Below are positions 20,271 through 31,756 of a stretch of 47,053 nucleotides of DNA, in pieces. Made by a program: the position numbers and the translations under genes. The stretch covers positions 1 through 47,053 of the forward strand of contig CAVSLC010000026.1 in the NCBI GenBank assembly GCA_963728565.1. The letters run 5' to 3'. Source of the DNA: an uncultured delta proteobacterium (GTDB lineage: Bacteria; Desulfobacterota; Binatia; UBA9968). The notes under the pieces are model-generated. The model worked only from the letters and a program-made list of their open reading frames with translations, was not told the DNA's origin and did not search any database. Numbering within the stretch: position 1 is the stretch's first letter; each line of letters begins with the position of its first letter.

Positions 20271-23200
20271 ATGTTTGCGCATTTCTTTATCGATCGCCCG
20301 ATTTTTGCCACTGTCATTTCGATCGTGATCGTTCTCGTGGGTCTGGCGGCGATGATGACCTTGCCGATCGCGCAGTATCCCGAGATCACGCCGCCCGTAG
20401 TCACAATTTCCGCCAATTACACCGGTGCCAGCGCTGAAGTGCTGGCAAATACCGTCGCAGCGCCCATTGAACAGCAGATCAACGGCGTCGAAAACATGAT
20501 CTATATGAATTCGACCGGCGCCAGCAGCAACGGACAAGTTCAGATCAATGTCACCTTCGCCATCGGCACCGACATCGATCAAGCGGTGATCGATGTCAAT
20601 AACCGCATCCGCGTTGCCGAACCGTTGTTGCCCCAGGAAGTCCAACGGCTGGGGATCAATGCGCAGAAACGCTCGACCAGCTTCCTTCAGATCGTCGCTT
20701 TGCAGTCTCCGGACGGACGCCAGGATCCGCTTTACATCAGCAACTACGCTTCGATCAACATCGTGGACGCGCTCAAGCGCATCGGCGGCGTTGGCGATGT
20801 GCAGATATTCGGGGCGCAAGTGTATGCCATGCGCATTTGGCTGCAGCCCAATCGAATGGCGGAGTTCGGCGTTACCACTTCCGACGTTGCCGCTGCGATT
20901 CAGGAGCAAAACTCTCAGTTTGCCGCCGGTCAGATCGGTCAGGAGCCGATCCGCTCCGAGCAACAGCTCACATATACCGTTACCACGAAAGGACGCCTGG
21001 TCGAGCCCGAGGAGTTTGGCAATATCATCGTTCGCGCCAACGCGGACGCTTCGATGCTGCACCTGAAGGATTTCGCACGTATTGAGCTAGGCGCGCAAAG
21101 CTACGACGCCGTCGGCAAGCTCAACGGCCAGCCGACAACCTTGCTGGCGATTTTTTTACAACCGGGAGCCAACGCGCTGGCCACGGCGCAAAATGTGGCC
21201 GCGACGATGAAGGAGCTTTCTGCGAGCTTTCCGAGCGGTATCGTTTACTCGGTCCCCTACGACACAACCCGTTTCGTCACAGCGTCGATCAATGAGGTAG
21301 TGAAGACTTTCGTCGAGGCGATCCTGCTGGTGCTCGTGGTGGTGTTTGTTTTTCTACAGAACTGGCGCGCCACGGTGATTCCGATTGTCGCGGTGCCGGT
21401 TTCTTTGATCGGCACCTTCGCCGGAATGTATCTGCTTGGTTTTTCGATCAATACTTTGACCTTGTTCGGCATGGTGCTGGCCATCGGCATTGTCGTGGAT
21501 GACGCCATTGTGGTGCTGGAGAACGTCGAGCGCATCATGTCGGAGGAGCGGTTATCGCCCAGGGATGCCGCCATCAAAGCCATGCAGGAAGTCAGCGGGC
21601 CGGTGATCGCGATCGTACTGGTGCTGTGCGCGGTATTCATTCCGGTGGGATTTTTGGGCGGCATCGCCGGCCAGCTCTACCAGCAGTTTGCCATCACCAT
21701 TGCCGTTTCGGTGGTTATTTCCGGGCTCGTTGCGCTGACCTTGACGCCCGCTCTGTGCGTCGTGCTGCTAAAGCAGGAGCAAGGCGAGCCCTGGCGCGTG
21801 TTTCGCTGGTTCAATCGCGCCTTCGATGCGGGCACCAACGGGTATGCTCGCGCCGTCGGCTTTTTCAATCATCGGTGGCCTCTCTCTTTGGCAGTTTTCG
21901 CTCTGGTCATTGCCGGCGTGCTATTACTCTTTCGGGTTTTGCCGACGAGCTTCATTCCGGCAGAAGATCAAGGTTACTATATCACCGGAATAACGATGCC
22001 GGATGGCACCGCTCTGGACCGCACCGATGCGGTTGCGTCACGGGTGGTGGAAATCGCGAGTGCGAATCCCGCTGTTCAGGACGTCATCAGTATCACCGGG
22101 TTCGATATCCTGGGCGGGGGACAACGGACATCGGCGGCGACGCTCTTTGTCAGCCTGACAGCGTGGGATGAGCGCGCGGCTCATGTACAGGAGCTGATCC
22201 GTGAGATGAGTACGAAGGCCGCTCAAACTATCCGTGAGGGTCTGGTGGTGGCTTTCAATCCGCCGGCGATCTCCGGCTTGGGAACCACTGGAGGATTCGA
22301 GCTCTATGTGCAGAACCGCGGCCAAGGTGACAGCGCCTATCTTGCGCAAGTCACTCAGCAACTGATTGCGCAAGCGAGTAAAGCGCCGGAACTGGCCGGG
22401 CTCTCGACGACGTTTCGCCCGACCGTGCCGCAGCTTTATGTCGAGCTCGATCGCGAACGCGCCAAGGTTTATGGCGTCCCGATCACGGCCGTTTTCGATA
22501 CTCTACAGGCTTTGTTCGGATCGCTCTATGTTAATGACTTCAATCAGTTCGGCAGGACTTACCGGGTTCAGTTACAAGCCGAGCCGGAGTTTCGCTCGGC
22601 GCCGGGCGATATTGGCAAAGTCTACGTGCGTTCAGCAAAGGGCGAGATGATCCCGCTCGGCAGCTTGCTAACCGTCCGAGAAATAACCGGTCCGGATACC
22701 ATCGAACGTTACCTCAATTTTCCGGCGGCCAAGGTCATCGGCAACGCCGCGCCGGGATACAGCTCGGGGGACGCTATTGCGGCAATGGAGCGGCTTGCCC
22801 AGGAATCCTTGCCGGCGGATTTCAGTTTCGCTTGGACCGGCCAAGCGTTCCAGGAAAAGGAAAGTGGCGGCGCCACGGGCATTGTGTTTGGCGCGGCGAT
22901 AGTCATGGTGTTCCTCATTCTAGCGGCCATGTATGAGAGATGGACGTTGCCGATTGCCGTGCTGCTTTCGGTACCGTTTGCGCTGTTGGGCGCGCTTATC
23001 GCCATCTGGATGCGCGGGCTCGAAAACGATGTTTACTTCCAGATCGGTCTGGTGACCTTGATCGCGCTGGCAGCCAAGAACGCGATCCTGATCGTCGAAT
23101 TTGCGGTTCTCGAACGCGACCGCGGCAAGAACGCTTATGATGCAGCGATCAGCGCCGCCAGGCTGCGCTTTCGTCCGATCATCATGACATCGCTGGCGTT

Positions 23201-23426
23201 CATTCTAGGTGTCGTGCCGTTGGCCTTGAGTACCGGGGCGGGGGCGGCAAGCCGGCACTCAATCGGTACAGGGGTGATCGGCGGCATGTTGGCCGCCACC
23301 CTCATAGCGACTCTGTTTATTCCGTTCTTCTACGTTGTGTTGACCAAACGCAGTGATCCCAAACCGGCTGAGGAACCGGAGCCCGCCGCGGCGCAAGCAG
23401 AACCGGTTAAGAGGAGCGGATCATGA
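20271..23426 (+). CDS. RND efflux permease (HAE1, AcrB/MexB-like)
   Basis: [51 protein letters not shown]. Confidence 0.96.
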   Translation: MFAHFFIDRPIFATVISIVIVLVGLAAMMTLPIAQYPEITPPVVTISANYTGASAEVLANTVAAPIEQQINGVENMIYMNSTGASSNGQVQINVTFAIGTDIDQAVIDVNNRIRVAEPLLPQEVQRLGINAQKRSTSFLQIVALQSPDGRQDPLYISNYASINIVDALKRIGGVGDVQIFGAQVYAMRIWLQPNRMAEFGVTTSDVAAAIQEQNSQFAAGQIGQEPIRSEQQLTYTVTTKGRLVEPEEFGNIIVRANADASMLHLKDFARIELGAQSYDAVGKLNGQPTTLLAIFLQPGANALATAQNVAATMKELSASFPSGIVYSVPYDTTRFVTASINEVVKTFVEAILLVLVVVFVFLQNWRATVIPIVAVPVSLIGTFAGMYLLGFSINTLTLFGMVLAIGIVVDDAIVVLENVERIMSEERLSPRDAAIKAMQEVSGPVIAIVLVLCAVFIPVGFLGGIAGQLYQQFAITIAVSVVISGLVALTLTPALCVVLLKQEQGEPWRVFRWFNRAFDAGTNGYARAVGFFNHRWPLSLAVFALVIAGVLLLFRVLPTSFIPAEDQGYYITGITMPDGTALDRTDAVASRVVEIASANPAVQDVISITGFDILGGGQRTSAATLFVSLTAWDERAAHVQELIREMSTKAAQTIREGLVVAFNPPAISGLGTTGGFELYVQNRGQGDSAYLAQVTQQLIAQASKAPELAGLSTTFRPTVPQLYVELDRERAKVYGVPITAVFDTLQALFGSLYVNDFNQFGRTYRVQLQAEPEFRSAPGDIGKVYVRSAKGEMIPLGSLLTVREITGPDTIERYLNFPAAKVIGNAAPGYSSGDAIAAMERLAQESLPADFSFAWTGQAFQEKESGGATGIVFGAAIVMVFLILAAMYERWTLPIAVLLSVPFALLGALIAIWMRGLENDVYFQIGLVTLIALAAKNAILIVEFAVLERDRGKNAYDAAISAARLRFRPIIMTSLAFILGVVPLALSTGAGAASRHSIGTGVIGGMLAATLIATLFIPFFYVVLTKRSDPKPAEEPEPAAAQAEPVKRSGS

Positions 23427-24805
23427 GGCGGCAGCTCGCATTTGCCTTAGCTGCACTTGGGCTCTCCGGCTGTATGATGGGCGCCGATTACACCCGACCT
23501 GATGTAACCGTCCCTCCCGGATGGCGCATGATCAATGGTGATCCCAACGCAGTCATCAACGAACAGTGGTGGAGTCAATTCAATGATCCACAACTCGACC
23601 GATTGATCGAGATCGCGCTGGCGGAAAATCTGGACGTCGCCAGCGCCGTCGCTCGGGTCGAAGAAGCGCGAGCGCTGTTAGCGACCTCGCGAGCGGCCCT
23701 CTTCCCGCAAGTCGGCGCCTCGGCGAGCGCAGCGCGCTCGAGAAGCAGTACCGGGACAACTCCGCTTCCAGGAGTGAGCCTCACCAACAATTTTTATTCA
23801 GCTGTGCTGGATGCCTCTTTCGAGCTCGACCTATGGGGACGGCTACGGCGCGCCACCGAAGCGGCTCGTGCGGTGCTTTTATCTACAGAGTATGCCGCTC
23901 AAGTAGTTCGCTTGGCGCTGGTTAGCCAGGTGGCACAGTCGTATTTCGATCTGCGCAATCTCGATCTCCAACTCGATATTGCGCGAGGGACATTGGCGTC
24001 CCGGGAGGAAGCTCTGCGTTTGGTGACCAGACGTTTCGAAGGCGGCGTCGTTTCCGAACTGGATCTGCGGCAAGCCGAAAGCGAGGCCGCGGTCGCCGCC
24101 GCCGCGGTGCCGAATCTCGAACAGCAAATCGTCCAGAGAGAGAATGAGCTGAGTATCCTGCTCGGGCGCAATCCCGAAGACATCATGCGCGGTCGCGGCG
24201 TATTTGAATCCGCGATTCCCGAGGTGCCGGTTGGCCTGCCTTCCACTCTGCTCGTCCGTCGGCCGGATATTCTTGCGGCGGAAGAAAGCCTGGTTGCCGC
24301 CAATGCGCGCGTTGGCGCGGCCAGAGCAGCCTATTTCCCGCGCCTTTCTTTGACCGGCTTGCTCGGGGTGGAGAGCGCCGAGCTGTCGGACTGGTTCAGC
24401 CGCGGCTCGCGCGTATGGCAGATGACCGGAGGCCTGACAGCGCCGATCTTTACGGCGGGAAGAATCGGCGCCGAGATTGAGACCGCCACCGCGCAGCAGC
24501 AACAGGCGCTATTCGACTATCTGCGGACCATACAAACGGGTTTGAGAGAAGTGGAAGACTCTTTAATTGCAACCCGAAAGATCCGGGAACAACAGGCGGC
24601 GCAAGACCGGCAGGTGCAGGCGCTGCAAAGGACCTTGCGGCTTGCCACCTTGCGCTATGAGAACGGCTATTCGAGTTTCCTGGAGGTCCTCGACGCCCAG
24701 CGCAGTCTGTTCAGTGCCGAGCTCCAGCAGGTACAGCTCCAGCGCGCGCGACTGGGCGCCATCGTCAATCTTTATAAAGCGCTGGGGGGTGGCTGGGTGC
24801 CATAA
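23423..24805 (+). CDS. RND outer-membrane factor lipoprotein (OprM/NodT-like)
   Basis: LSGC lipobox, [28 protein letters not shown]; ATGA overlap with the permease. Confidence 0.94.
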   Translation: MRRQLAFALAALGLSGCMMGADYTRPDVTVPPGWRMINGDPNAVINEQWWSQFNDPQLDRLIEIALAENLDVASAVARVEEARALLATSRAALFPQVGASASAARSRSSTGTTPLPGVSLTNNFYSAVLDASFELDLWGRLRRATEAARAVLLSTEYAAQVVRLALVSQVAQSYFDLRNLDLQLDIARGTLASREEALRLVTRRFEGGVVSELDLRQAESEAAVAAAAVPNLEQQIVQRENELSILLGRNPEDIMRGRGVFESAIPEVPVGLPSTLLVRRPDILAAEESLVAANARVGAARAAYFPRLSLTGLLGVESAELSDWFSRGSRVWQMTGGLTAPIFTAGRIGAEIETATAQQQQALFDYLRTIQTGLREVEDSLIATRKIREQQAAQDRQVQALQRTLRLATLRYENGYSSFLEVLDAQRSLFSAELQQVQLQRARLGAIVNLYKALGGGWVP

Positions 24806-24828
24806 CAACGTTCTCGTTCGCGTCTCGA

Positions 24829-25545
24829 TCAGGACCGATCATCGAGCTCAGCGTAGTGGCGGAAGAGACCTTCCTGATTGAACGGCAGACGACGCTCGGA
24901 CGCGAGATACGCGGCCAGCCGCGGACGCGCGGCCAGCCGGTCGTGCAGCGCGATCACTCGCCGATATTTGCGTTCCTGTTTTGCCATCGCCCGTGGAAAT
25001 GCATAGCGCGAACCTTCAATCATCTGGAAGAGCGACAGGTCGACGTATGAAACCGCATTGCCGACTAGAACGCGGCCTCCGTTGCGCTCCAGGATCTGCT
25101 CGAAGTAACGCAGAAACTTGGGCTGGCGTTCGGCCTTGAAAATCTCCGCGCAGCGCTTCGCCTCGCGCTTCTGCTCTTCGTAGTACAAGCTGCTTGCGAC
25201 CGGATGATGCGTGTCGTGAACTTCGGCGACCCAATCGGCGATGGTGAGCTGTAGTTGATGCGCCCAAAGGCGCGCCGCCTCCTCTTTTGGCGCGAGATGA
25301 AGTCGCCGGCCGAGGAAGAATAGAATGTTGGCGGTTTGGGCGATGACCAGCTTGCCGGCTTTTAAAAACGGCGGCGCGAACGGTGGTCGCTTGACCGACC
25401 GGCTTTCCAGAAACTTCGACATTGACCCCATCCCGCGCGGCCGCCGCGCGACATCGAGATAAGCCGCGCCGGCGTCTTCCAAGGCGAGCCGAACAAATTC
25501 GCCGCGTCCCTGTATCTCGGGCCAGTAGTAGAGCTCGTAGCGCAT
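24829..25545 (-). CDS. Glutathione S-transferase
   Basis: YELYYWPEIQGRGEFVRLALE, FAPPFL, QTANIL, SYVDLSLF. Confidence 0.9.
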   Translation of the reverse strand: MRYELYYWPEIQGRGEFVRLALEDAGAAYLDVARRPRGMGSMSKFLESRSVKRPPFAPPFLKAGKLVIAQTANILFFLGRRLHLAPKEEAARLWAHQLQLTIADWVAEVHDTHHPVASSLYYEEQKREAKRCAEIFKAERQPKFLRYFEQILERNGGRVLVGNAVSYVDLSLFQMIEGSRYAFPRAMAKQERKYRRVIALHDRLAARPRLAAYLASERRLPFNQEGLFRHYAELDDRS

Positions 25546-25811
25546 GATCTCCTCCGCCGAATTCTATTCATGACTAACGACCACGCAGAAACCGTATGCG
25601 AATGCTGCAGGTTATGATCACAAGTGGTCGCGCTCCGCTCCGTCGAACGCTTTTCCGATACCTGGCCGCTCGTCGGGCAAAAGATGGATTTTCTCGAATG
25701 TGGCATCCAAGTGGCGTGCATCGCGCCGCTGTGTCTGCTCGCGGTATGAGTGCCTGTGCTTGTTTGCTACTCGCAGGCTCTAGGCGGATGCGAGAGACTG
25801 GTATTGGTTAT

Positions 25812-26889
25812 CTAGTTCGGCGCCACCCAGGCCGTCAGAATCGACGGCGTGTCCTGCATCAGTGCCTGCCATGACTCGCCACGATCAAGACTCCTGTAGA
25901 GCGCGCCTTTACCTTGAATACGCGCATCGAAACCGTAGCCGCGCGCGCCATCGCCCATGCCACAGAAGAGCGCATCGGGATCGCTCGGGTGCCGCAGTAA
26001 AACCCATGGCATCCAGGGATTCTCTTTTTCCAGGCCGCGAGCGACAATACGCCAGTTCTCGCCGCCGTCGTCGCTTAGCATAATATGTCCCTTGGGTGTA
26101 ATCCCCTCACGCATCCACACGCCTGGAGAACCCTTGCCGCCGCAGACGACCATGCGCGGGTTCGCTCCCGGCAAAAAATGCCACTCGTGCGAATAGCTGT
26201 GCAGCTCGGTATAGGCCCACGGCATGCCGTTCTCGACCCGGCGCCACTGTCGGCCTGCGTCATCGGTGCGATAGTAGCCCCGCGCCGATGAAACATAATA
26301 ACGTTCTTGGCTGCCAGGGTAATTTTCGATGTGATGCATATCGACATAGGCGATCCCGGTGCTCCGGTCTTCCCATGTCTCACCGCGATCCCGACTTAGC
26401 AGGTTCCCGCCATGTTCGAGCAGAACCCAAATCAGATTCTGCTCATCGGGATGGATGAAGATCTGACGCACATGGGGAAACTCGACGCCGCGCAAGCGCG
26501 GCGGCACGTCCCATTTCTTTTTTACTTCGTCACCAAAGTTGAGCATGCTGTCGAGCGGCTGCCCAACTTTTACCACTGTCTTCGCTGCGGAACAGGCGGA
26601 TCGGGCCGATGCCCATGTAGACAACGCGCTCGTCATGCGGATCGACCGTGAACGTGCGCACATCGCCATCCATAATCTTGGTCCAAGTCTTTCCTGCGTC
26701 ATCGGTGCGATAGCCGCCATCGAATGCCACTGCGGCAAAAACGATCTCGGGCTTGGTCGCGCAGCCGGTCAAATGCTCGAGTGTTTTTCCCTGGAAGAAT
26801 TCGCCAACCGTCTTCATCGACGAATTCTGCGGTTCCATGATCTTCAACCCGCCATTATGAGCGATGTAGTAGCGCAATGATTCAGACAT
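25812..26889 (-). CDS. BNR/Asp-box beta-propeller protein; frameshift near 26562
   Basis: Repeated Asp-boxes RTDDAGKTW, RSEDSGKSW, SRDRGETW, RTDDAGRQW, SDDGGENW, RSLDRGESW across two ORFs joined by removing one base. Confidence 0.8.
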
Positions 26890-27727
26890 ATTTACCTGCT
26901 TAGGTTTATCGGCCAACGTCCATGCAACCCGGCGACCTCAGCGCGGAAATCTCTAGCACTCCCGTGATTTGTTCTTCTAGAATAGGATCACTTTCTACAA
27001 GCATGTTTGATTTCACGGATCACGATTGTGCGTTGCAACTTGGCACAGAGCTCTCAGGAACCCTTGGAAAGAATTGTTTTATTGCTCGCGTGGGACTGTG
27101 TCAATCTTAAGGTGAGTTTGACCGGAAACCGGGCCGATGGCGAGTATTTAGGTGATGGGAGGCAACTAGCACGAAGCGCGCTCTACGGTGATCTGCTAAA
27201 CGTTCGCGATAAAGACGCGAACCTGAAATTCGTGTTACAATTCATGGCCGCGGGGCGAACCCGCCTCTGTTGCGTGACATTGATAAATCAATTCAAATTA
27301 TCACTTGAATAGCTAACTTCCCGGTTATCGCTCTGACCTACCACAAAAAGAACCGGCGACGAATGAAAATCTACGATCTTTCAATACAGATCCTTGTTGT
27401 CTCCTTATTATATAGTCGTGCTGCTGTTTCTTTATTTCGTTCCTTACATTTTTCTGATCTTTCGCGGGCGATTCTTGATGAACCCGATTCAACCCGTGCT
27501 TATGTTCCTGTGCTTTGAAATCTCTGGTGAGTAAAAAAATTGCAGCTGATGGCGGCCGATGGAACCACGACAGATCTATGGCGTCCGGTATTTACCCCGC
27601 TTCTAGCTCCAGCTAATCCATCATTCGATTTTGACAAATGTTGCCGGAAGCCCACCATTCTTGCCACGGCAATCCGCTTTCCGCTGTTGGCTCTGAATAC
27701 GAATGATGCGGAGGATCAGCAGTCCTG

Positions 27728-28138
27728 TCACCTCGGTCTGCCCTGTGCGTTCTGGGGCACCGAACCCAGATCCATAACCCAATCCAGCGACGAGCGGCAC
27801 CAGGATTGTGTTTTCGGTCGCAATTCCCGTCGCTGGCGAATCGTTCCGACTCGGAGGTTGAATGTCTGTGGATCGCTTTCGGCGGCTGCATAAATCCGTG
27901 ATCCGCATTGAGGACAGAAAGCCTGAGCTCGCCTAGCGCCGCTTTCCGCGGTCTTCACATAAATTTTTGGCTGGCCGCTGAGCAACCTGAAAGCCTCCTT
28001 GTCCGCCGAAACCGACGTCGTAAAAGCTGAACCCGTCAGGCTTTGGCAATCCGTGCAATGACATACGCCGACCTTTTGTGGATCGATTTCAGCCTCATAG
28101 GTGATAAAGCCGCAGTGGCAACTACCGTCAATTTTCAT
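27728..28138 (-). CDS. GFA/CENP-V family protein
   Basis: GSCHCG, CHCTDCQ, FCPQCGS. Confidence 0.93.
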   Translation of the reverse strand: MKIDGSCHCGFITYEAEIDPQKVGVCHCTDCQSLTGSAFTTSVSADKEAFRLLSGQPKIYVKTAESGARRAQAFCPQCGSRIYAAAESDPQTFNLRVGTIRQRRELRPKTQSWCRSSLDWVMDLGSVPQNAQGRPR

Positions 28139-28530
28139 AAACCCTCCGTAGCGGTTTGGCTTGCTGATGAGCTTCTTAAAACGGTTCTACTGTCGAGATA
28201 AGAACGTGTCAATCTTTAGTTGACCCTACCGGGAGTCGAATGCGAGCGCTGATCAGTTCCGACTTCCCCACATCGCGGTCAGTCCTATGCGGCTCCTGAC
28301 GGTGACCAATCTAGCATGTATTATTCGCAGGGCGTTCGGGCCTGTCGACAAGCATGATCGAGTAGCTTCGAATTAAACGGAATGAGATGTGGTGTCATTC
28401 GAATTCTCATTCCCTGAAAAACTCCAAAAGGAACACCTGACCGAGTTCTACTGCGCTCTGTGATTGCAGAGCGGGCTACCAGCGAATAAGATCAGCCGAG
28501 ACGAGAAATTTAGCGTATTCGGAGGGATAC

Positions 28531-29163
28531 ATGCGAAGCAAAACTTTTCTACGGCCGCTGGCAAGAGTTGCGGCGGTGCTGCTAATTTTCGCAGGCCTCG
28601 CGCATGGCGCTGAGTCAAACCGCGATAGCATGCCGCTGGCCAAAGCAACGTTTGCCGGCGGCTGTTTCTGGTGTATGGAACCGCCCTACGATGAGCTCGA
28701 AGGCGTGACTTCGACAATCTCCGGTTATACGGGCGGCACCAAAAAGAATCCGACCTACGAGCAGGTCAGCGCCGGCGCCACCGGCCACACGGAAGCGGTA
28801 GAGATCACTTATGATCCAAATAAAATCAGCTATGAGAAACTGCTCGATGTGTTCTGGCGCAACATCGATCCGTTAACCGCCAATGCGCAGTTCTGTGACT
28901 CCGGCAGCCAATATCGCTCCGCCATTTTTTATCACGACCAAACCCAGAAGACGCTTGCGGAAGCCTCAAAAAAGCGACTTCAACATCGTTTCAAACAACC
29001 GATCGTGACTGAAATCATTCGCGCCTCGGAATTCTATCCGGCCGAAAATTATCACCAGGACTATTATAAGAAGAACCCGATTCGCTACAAAGTCTATCGG
29101 TATGGCTGCGGCCGCGACAACCGCCTCCGGGAGCTTTGGGGATCTGAAAAGAACAACAGTTAG
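28531..29163 (+). CDS. msrA: Peptide methionine sulfoxide reductase A, with signal peptide
   Basis: AGGCFWCME, GYTGG, TGHTEAV, FYPAENYHQDYY. Confidence 0.95.
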   Translation: MRSKTFLRPLARVAAVLLIFAGLAHGAESNRDSMPLAKATFAGGCFWCMEPPYDELEGVTSTISGYTGGTKKNPTYEQVSAGATGHTEAVEITYDPNKISYEKLLDVFWRNIDPLTANAQFCDSGSQYRSAIFYHDQTQKTLAEASKKRLQHRFKQPIVTEIIRASEFYPAENYHQDYYKKNPIRYKVYRYGCGRDNRLRELWGSEKNNS

Positions 29164-29326
29164 CCTGCGTCACGAAACGTGATCGCAATTGGCCATCAAG
29201 TTTTTGCGTTGTGATGTAAGAAGGATAAACCGAGAATAGAAGATCCGACTGATGCTGCATTGCGGCCACGTCAACATGACTGCCTGACGCCGACTTTGCT
29301 CTCTCGAACAGGGGCGTTCGCGTCCG

Positions 29327-29758
29327 TTATGTGCTTCCAGTTAGCCTGCTCAGCAGGATTCCAGTTAACCACAGGAAGCTGACGATCTGCACGAAAAAGA
29401 ACCCGAAGCGCACGGCTGTCACCGTGTTGGTCTGAACGAAGCATACGTGCACCAGCGATTGCATGATGCGGGCAACCAGAACCGCGACTGCCAGCGCATT
29501 AACCAAGGCGCTACCCACATTGCCAACGTACAGCCCGAAAACAATTGCGCCAAAAACCGGGAGATTCTCGACGCAGTTCGCGTGTGCCCGCATCGCCCGT
29601 TTGTACCAGTCCGCTCCCTCGATCTGATCCGCGCGGAACTCGCGTATCGCCACACGTCCCGTCAGAATTCGACTCCAACGGTATACCCCGACTGTAGCGA
29701 GCAACAACAACACGGTCCAAGCGGCGAATCCGACCAGCATCCATACCGGTAACATCAT
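29327..29758 (-). CDS. MAPEG family membrane protein
   Basis: RAMRAHANCVENLPVF and ARIMQSLVH; four hydrophobic helices. Confidence 0.88.
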   Translation of the reverse strand: MMLPVWMLVGFAAWTVLLLLATVGVYRWSRILTGRVAIREFRADQIEGADWYKRAMRAHANCVENLPVFGAIVFGLYVGNVGSALVNALAVAVLVARIMQSLVHVCFVQTNTVTAVRFGFFFVQIVSFLWLTGILLSRLTGST

Positions 29759-29902
29759 GAGGCCGCCTCATCGTGTGACGCGTGACGTCCGCGATAAATG
29801 CGCGTGCGAGCGATGCTCGCGGAGCGTCATTGTCAGCCCGTGAAGTTAGACCCTGCCGTCCAGGGATCTCGCTCAGAAACTTTCGGATCTGAGATTGATG
29901 GA

Positions 29903-30193
29903 TCAATCTTCTCGTGGGGCGACGACGATGCACAGGAAAATGCCGACTGCGAATAGTGCAATGGCAATTCCGATGAGCGGGACAAAGAGCCACCGAAGCT
30001 CACCGGCCGCAGCAAATGCTTCGTATGAGCTTGCCCAGTTCTTGGGATCGCCGATTCCCCAACCGGCGATAGTCTCGATAGCGATCAAGCAGGCGACGAG
30101 TCCTAGACCTAAACACCAATTCCGCACGAGCCTAAGTCTTTCGAGGTTCGCTAAGTCATTCAGCTGTTCGTGTCGCTTCGATGCCATTGCCAA
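29903..30193 (-). CDS. Hypothetical two-TM membrane protein
   Basis: Two clear hydrophobic helices; no family recognised. Confidence 0.5.
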   Translation of the reverse strand: MAMASKRHEQLNDLANLERLRLVRNWCLGLGLVACLIAIETIAGWGIGDPKNWASSYEAFAAAGELRWLFVPLIGIAIALFAVGIFLCIVVAPRED

Positions 30194-30249
30194 AAGGGTC
30201 TAACTGTTAAATCTACTGCCGGATTACTTATGGGCGGCCTTATTCATAT

Positions 30250-30373
30250 GCAGGCTGCTCAAAAACCTCAGAGGCAAGGCGCGCGAAGTTCGATGAGCTG
30301 AGACGTACGCTCAGTACGTTGAAGCGAGTCGGGCCAGCGCAACGAAGCATATGAGGCTTTTTCAGTAGCCTGC
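30250..30373. mobile_element. MITE-like element, copy 1 (~125 bp)
   Basis: Terminal inverted repeats GCAGGCTGCTCAAAAA / TTTTTCAGTAGCCTGC followed by TAG; homologous to 45108-45234. Confidence 0.75.
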
Positions 30374-31236
30374 TAGCTCTTCAAAAACGGCACGCCCAGG
30401 CGCATCAGGTCGTCGAAGGCATCCCAATGCACCATGTGCTTGCAGCCATTGACGATGTGGAGATTGATCTCTGGCTGCATTTTTTTAAGCAATTCGGCGC
30501 GTTCACCGGCGTGCGCGCGGTCTTCGCGGCCAAAGAACATCAACAGCGGCATCTTCAGCTCAGTCAGCCTTTGCCATATTGGCTTGGCCTGCGACGCGCC
30601 GCCGCCGGCGGGGGCGTCCTGGTTCTGGCGTTCCTGGTGCGCCTTGAAATTGCGGCCAGTCATGCGGCTGTGGCGGATCGCCACGTCTTCATCGGAGATC
30701 AATGAATGATTGAAGGTGTCGGCTTGCAAAAGTTTGCGGGCATCCTCCAACGTCGGTTCCTTTTGCGCCATTTCCTTGTCGACCCGCGCCTGTACCGCTT
30801 CGTACTTGCCCACCTGCTCCTGGGTCTGCGGCGGCAGCAGCGAGCCGGTGCCAAGAATGATCACATGCGAGTAGCGGCTGGGATCTTCCAAGGCCAGCTG
30901 AACCGCGAAGCCGCCGGAGCGTGAATGCGCGATCAGCGCGGTCTTGCCCAATCCCGCGGCATCGATGAATTTAGGAATGGAATTGCGTTGCTGCGCCGTG
31001 CTTTGCTTGGCGGGTACGTCGGAGAGGCCAAATCCAGGAAGGTCAAAGGCGACCGCGCGAAATCCGGCTTCGGCAAGAGGACCGAGGTTGCGCAGAAACA
31101 CGTCCGCCGAGCTTCCCAGCGAAGCGCCGTGAAGAAACAGCACCGACGGGCCTGAGCCTTCTTCGATATAACGGAGCTGCAGCCCATCGACGTTAACGAA
31201 CTTATCTTTCGGCTTGGTTCTTTCCACCTTATCCAT
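30373..31236 (-). CDS. Alpha/beta fold hydrolase
   Basis: LFLHG, FDLPGFGLS, nucleophile elbow AHSRSG, GRED, CKHMVH. Confidence 0.9.
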   Translation of the reverse strand: MDKVERTKPKDKFVNVDGLQLRYIEEGSGPSVLFLHGASLGSSADVFLRNLGPLAEAGFRAVAFDLPGFGLSDVPAKQSTAQQRNSIPKFIDAAGLGKTALIAHSRSGGFAVQLALEDPSRYSHVIILGTGSLLPPQTQEQVGKYEAVQARVDKEMAQKEPTLEDARKLLQADTFNHSLISDEDVAIRHSRMTGRNFKAHQERQNQDAPAGGGASQAKPIWQRLTELKMPLLMFFGREDRAHAGERAELLKKMQPEINLHIVNGCKHMVHWDAFDDLMRLGVPFLKS

Positions 31237-31260
31237 GACATCGTCTCCTATTTCGGCAGA

Positions 31261-31340
31261 GATTCAGGCCGTTCAAAATGTCTCAGCTGCTTGATTACTC
31301 TTGCTGACTCGCATTCGAGATCTATCGACCAGCCTGAATC
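31261..31340. repeat. Short inverted-repeat element resembling the MITE ends
   Basis: GATTCAGGCCGTTCAAAA ... CAGCCTGAATC. Confidence 0.45.
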
Positions 31341-31509
31341 TCATTTTCAATATTCTGTAGCGAGGAAGTTTAACGAAACTTTTTCTTGAGCCGACCTATA
31401 ACGCCGAAGGCACGAGGTGTCAATCACTCGCGGGCTCCGTAGAATGAGTAAACGAGATGCTACCGTTCTGTCCGCGAAATTGCCAGGAAACATCCCAGCG
31501 CTCAGAGCC

Positions 31510-31593
31510 GTCATACCGCGACAAAGCGGCTCCAGATATCTTTCAATTTCGTCGATTCCGAGTCGCGCCAGTTTTCGCGCTTGCCTGAAATGA
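31510..31593. repeat. Degenerate GTCATTCCCGCG-type REP-like element
   Basis: GTCATACCGCG..AGCGGCTCCAG ... GATTCCGAGTCGCGC ... GCTTGCCTGAAATGA. Confidence 0.35.
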
Positions 31594-31756
31594 TGATTAT
31601 TTGCTAGCGCTTGTCCTGAATAGCGCAGCGACTATGGACGGGATTGAATTTTTTGATCGGTTGCCGTCGCATCGAAAAGATCGGACGATTTATGTTTTTT
31701 CGGTTCGCGATGCGGTTTGACCGGGCCGGAACGAATGAAAGGCGAAGGAGAAACCT

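Noticed and set aside
28379-28413. GGAATGAGA...TCTCATTCC inverted repeat upstream of msrA as a riboswitch or ncRNA
   Set aside because: Only a 9-bp stem, with no recognisable RNA family features.
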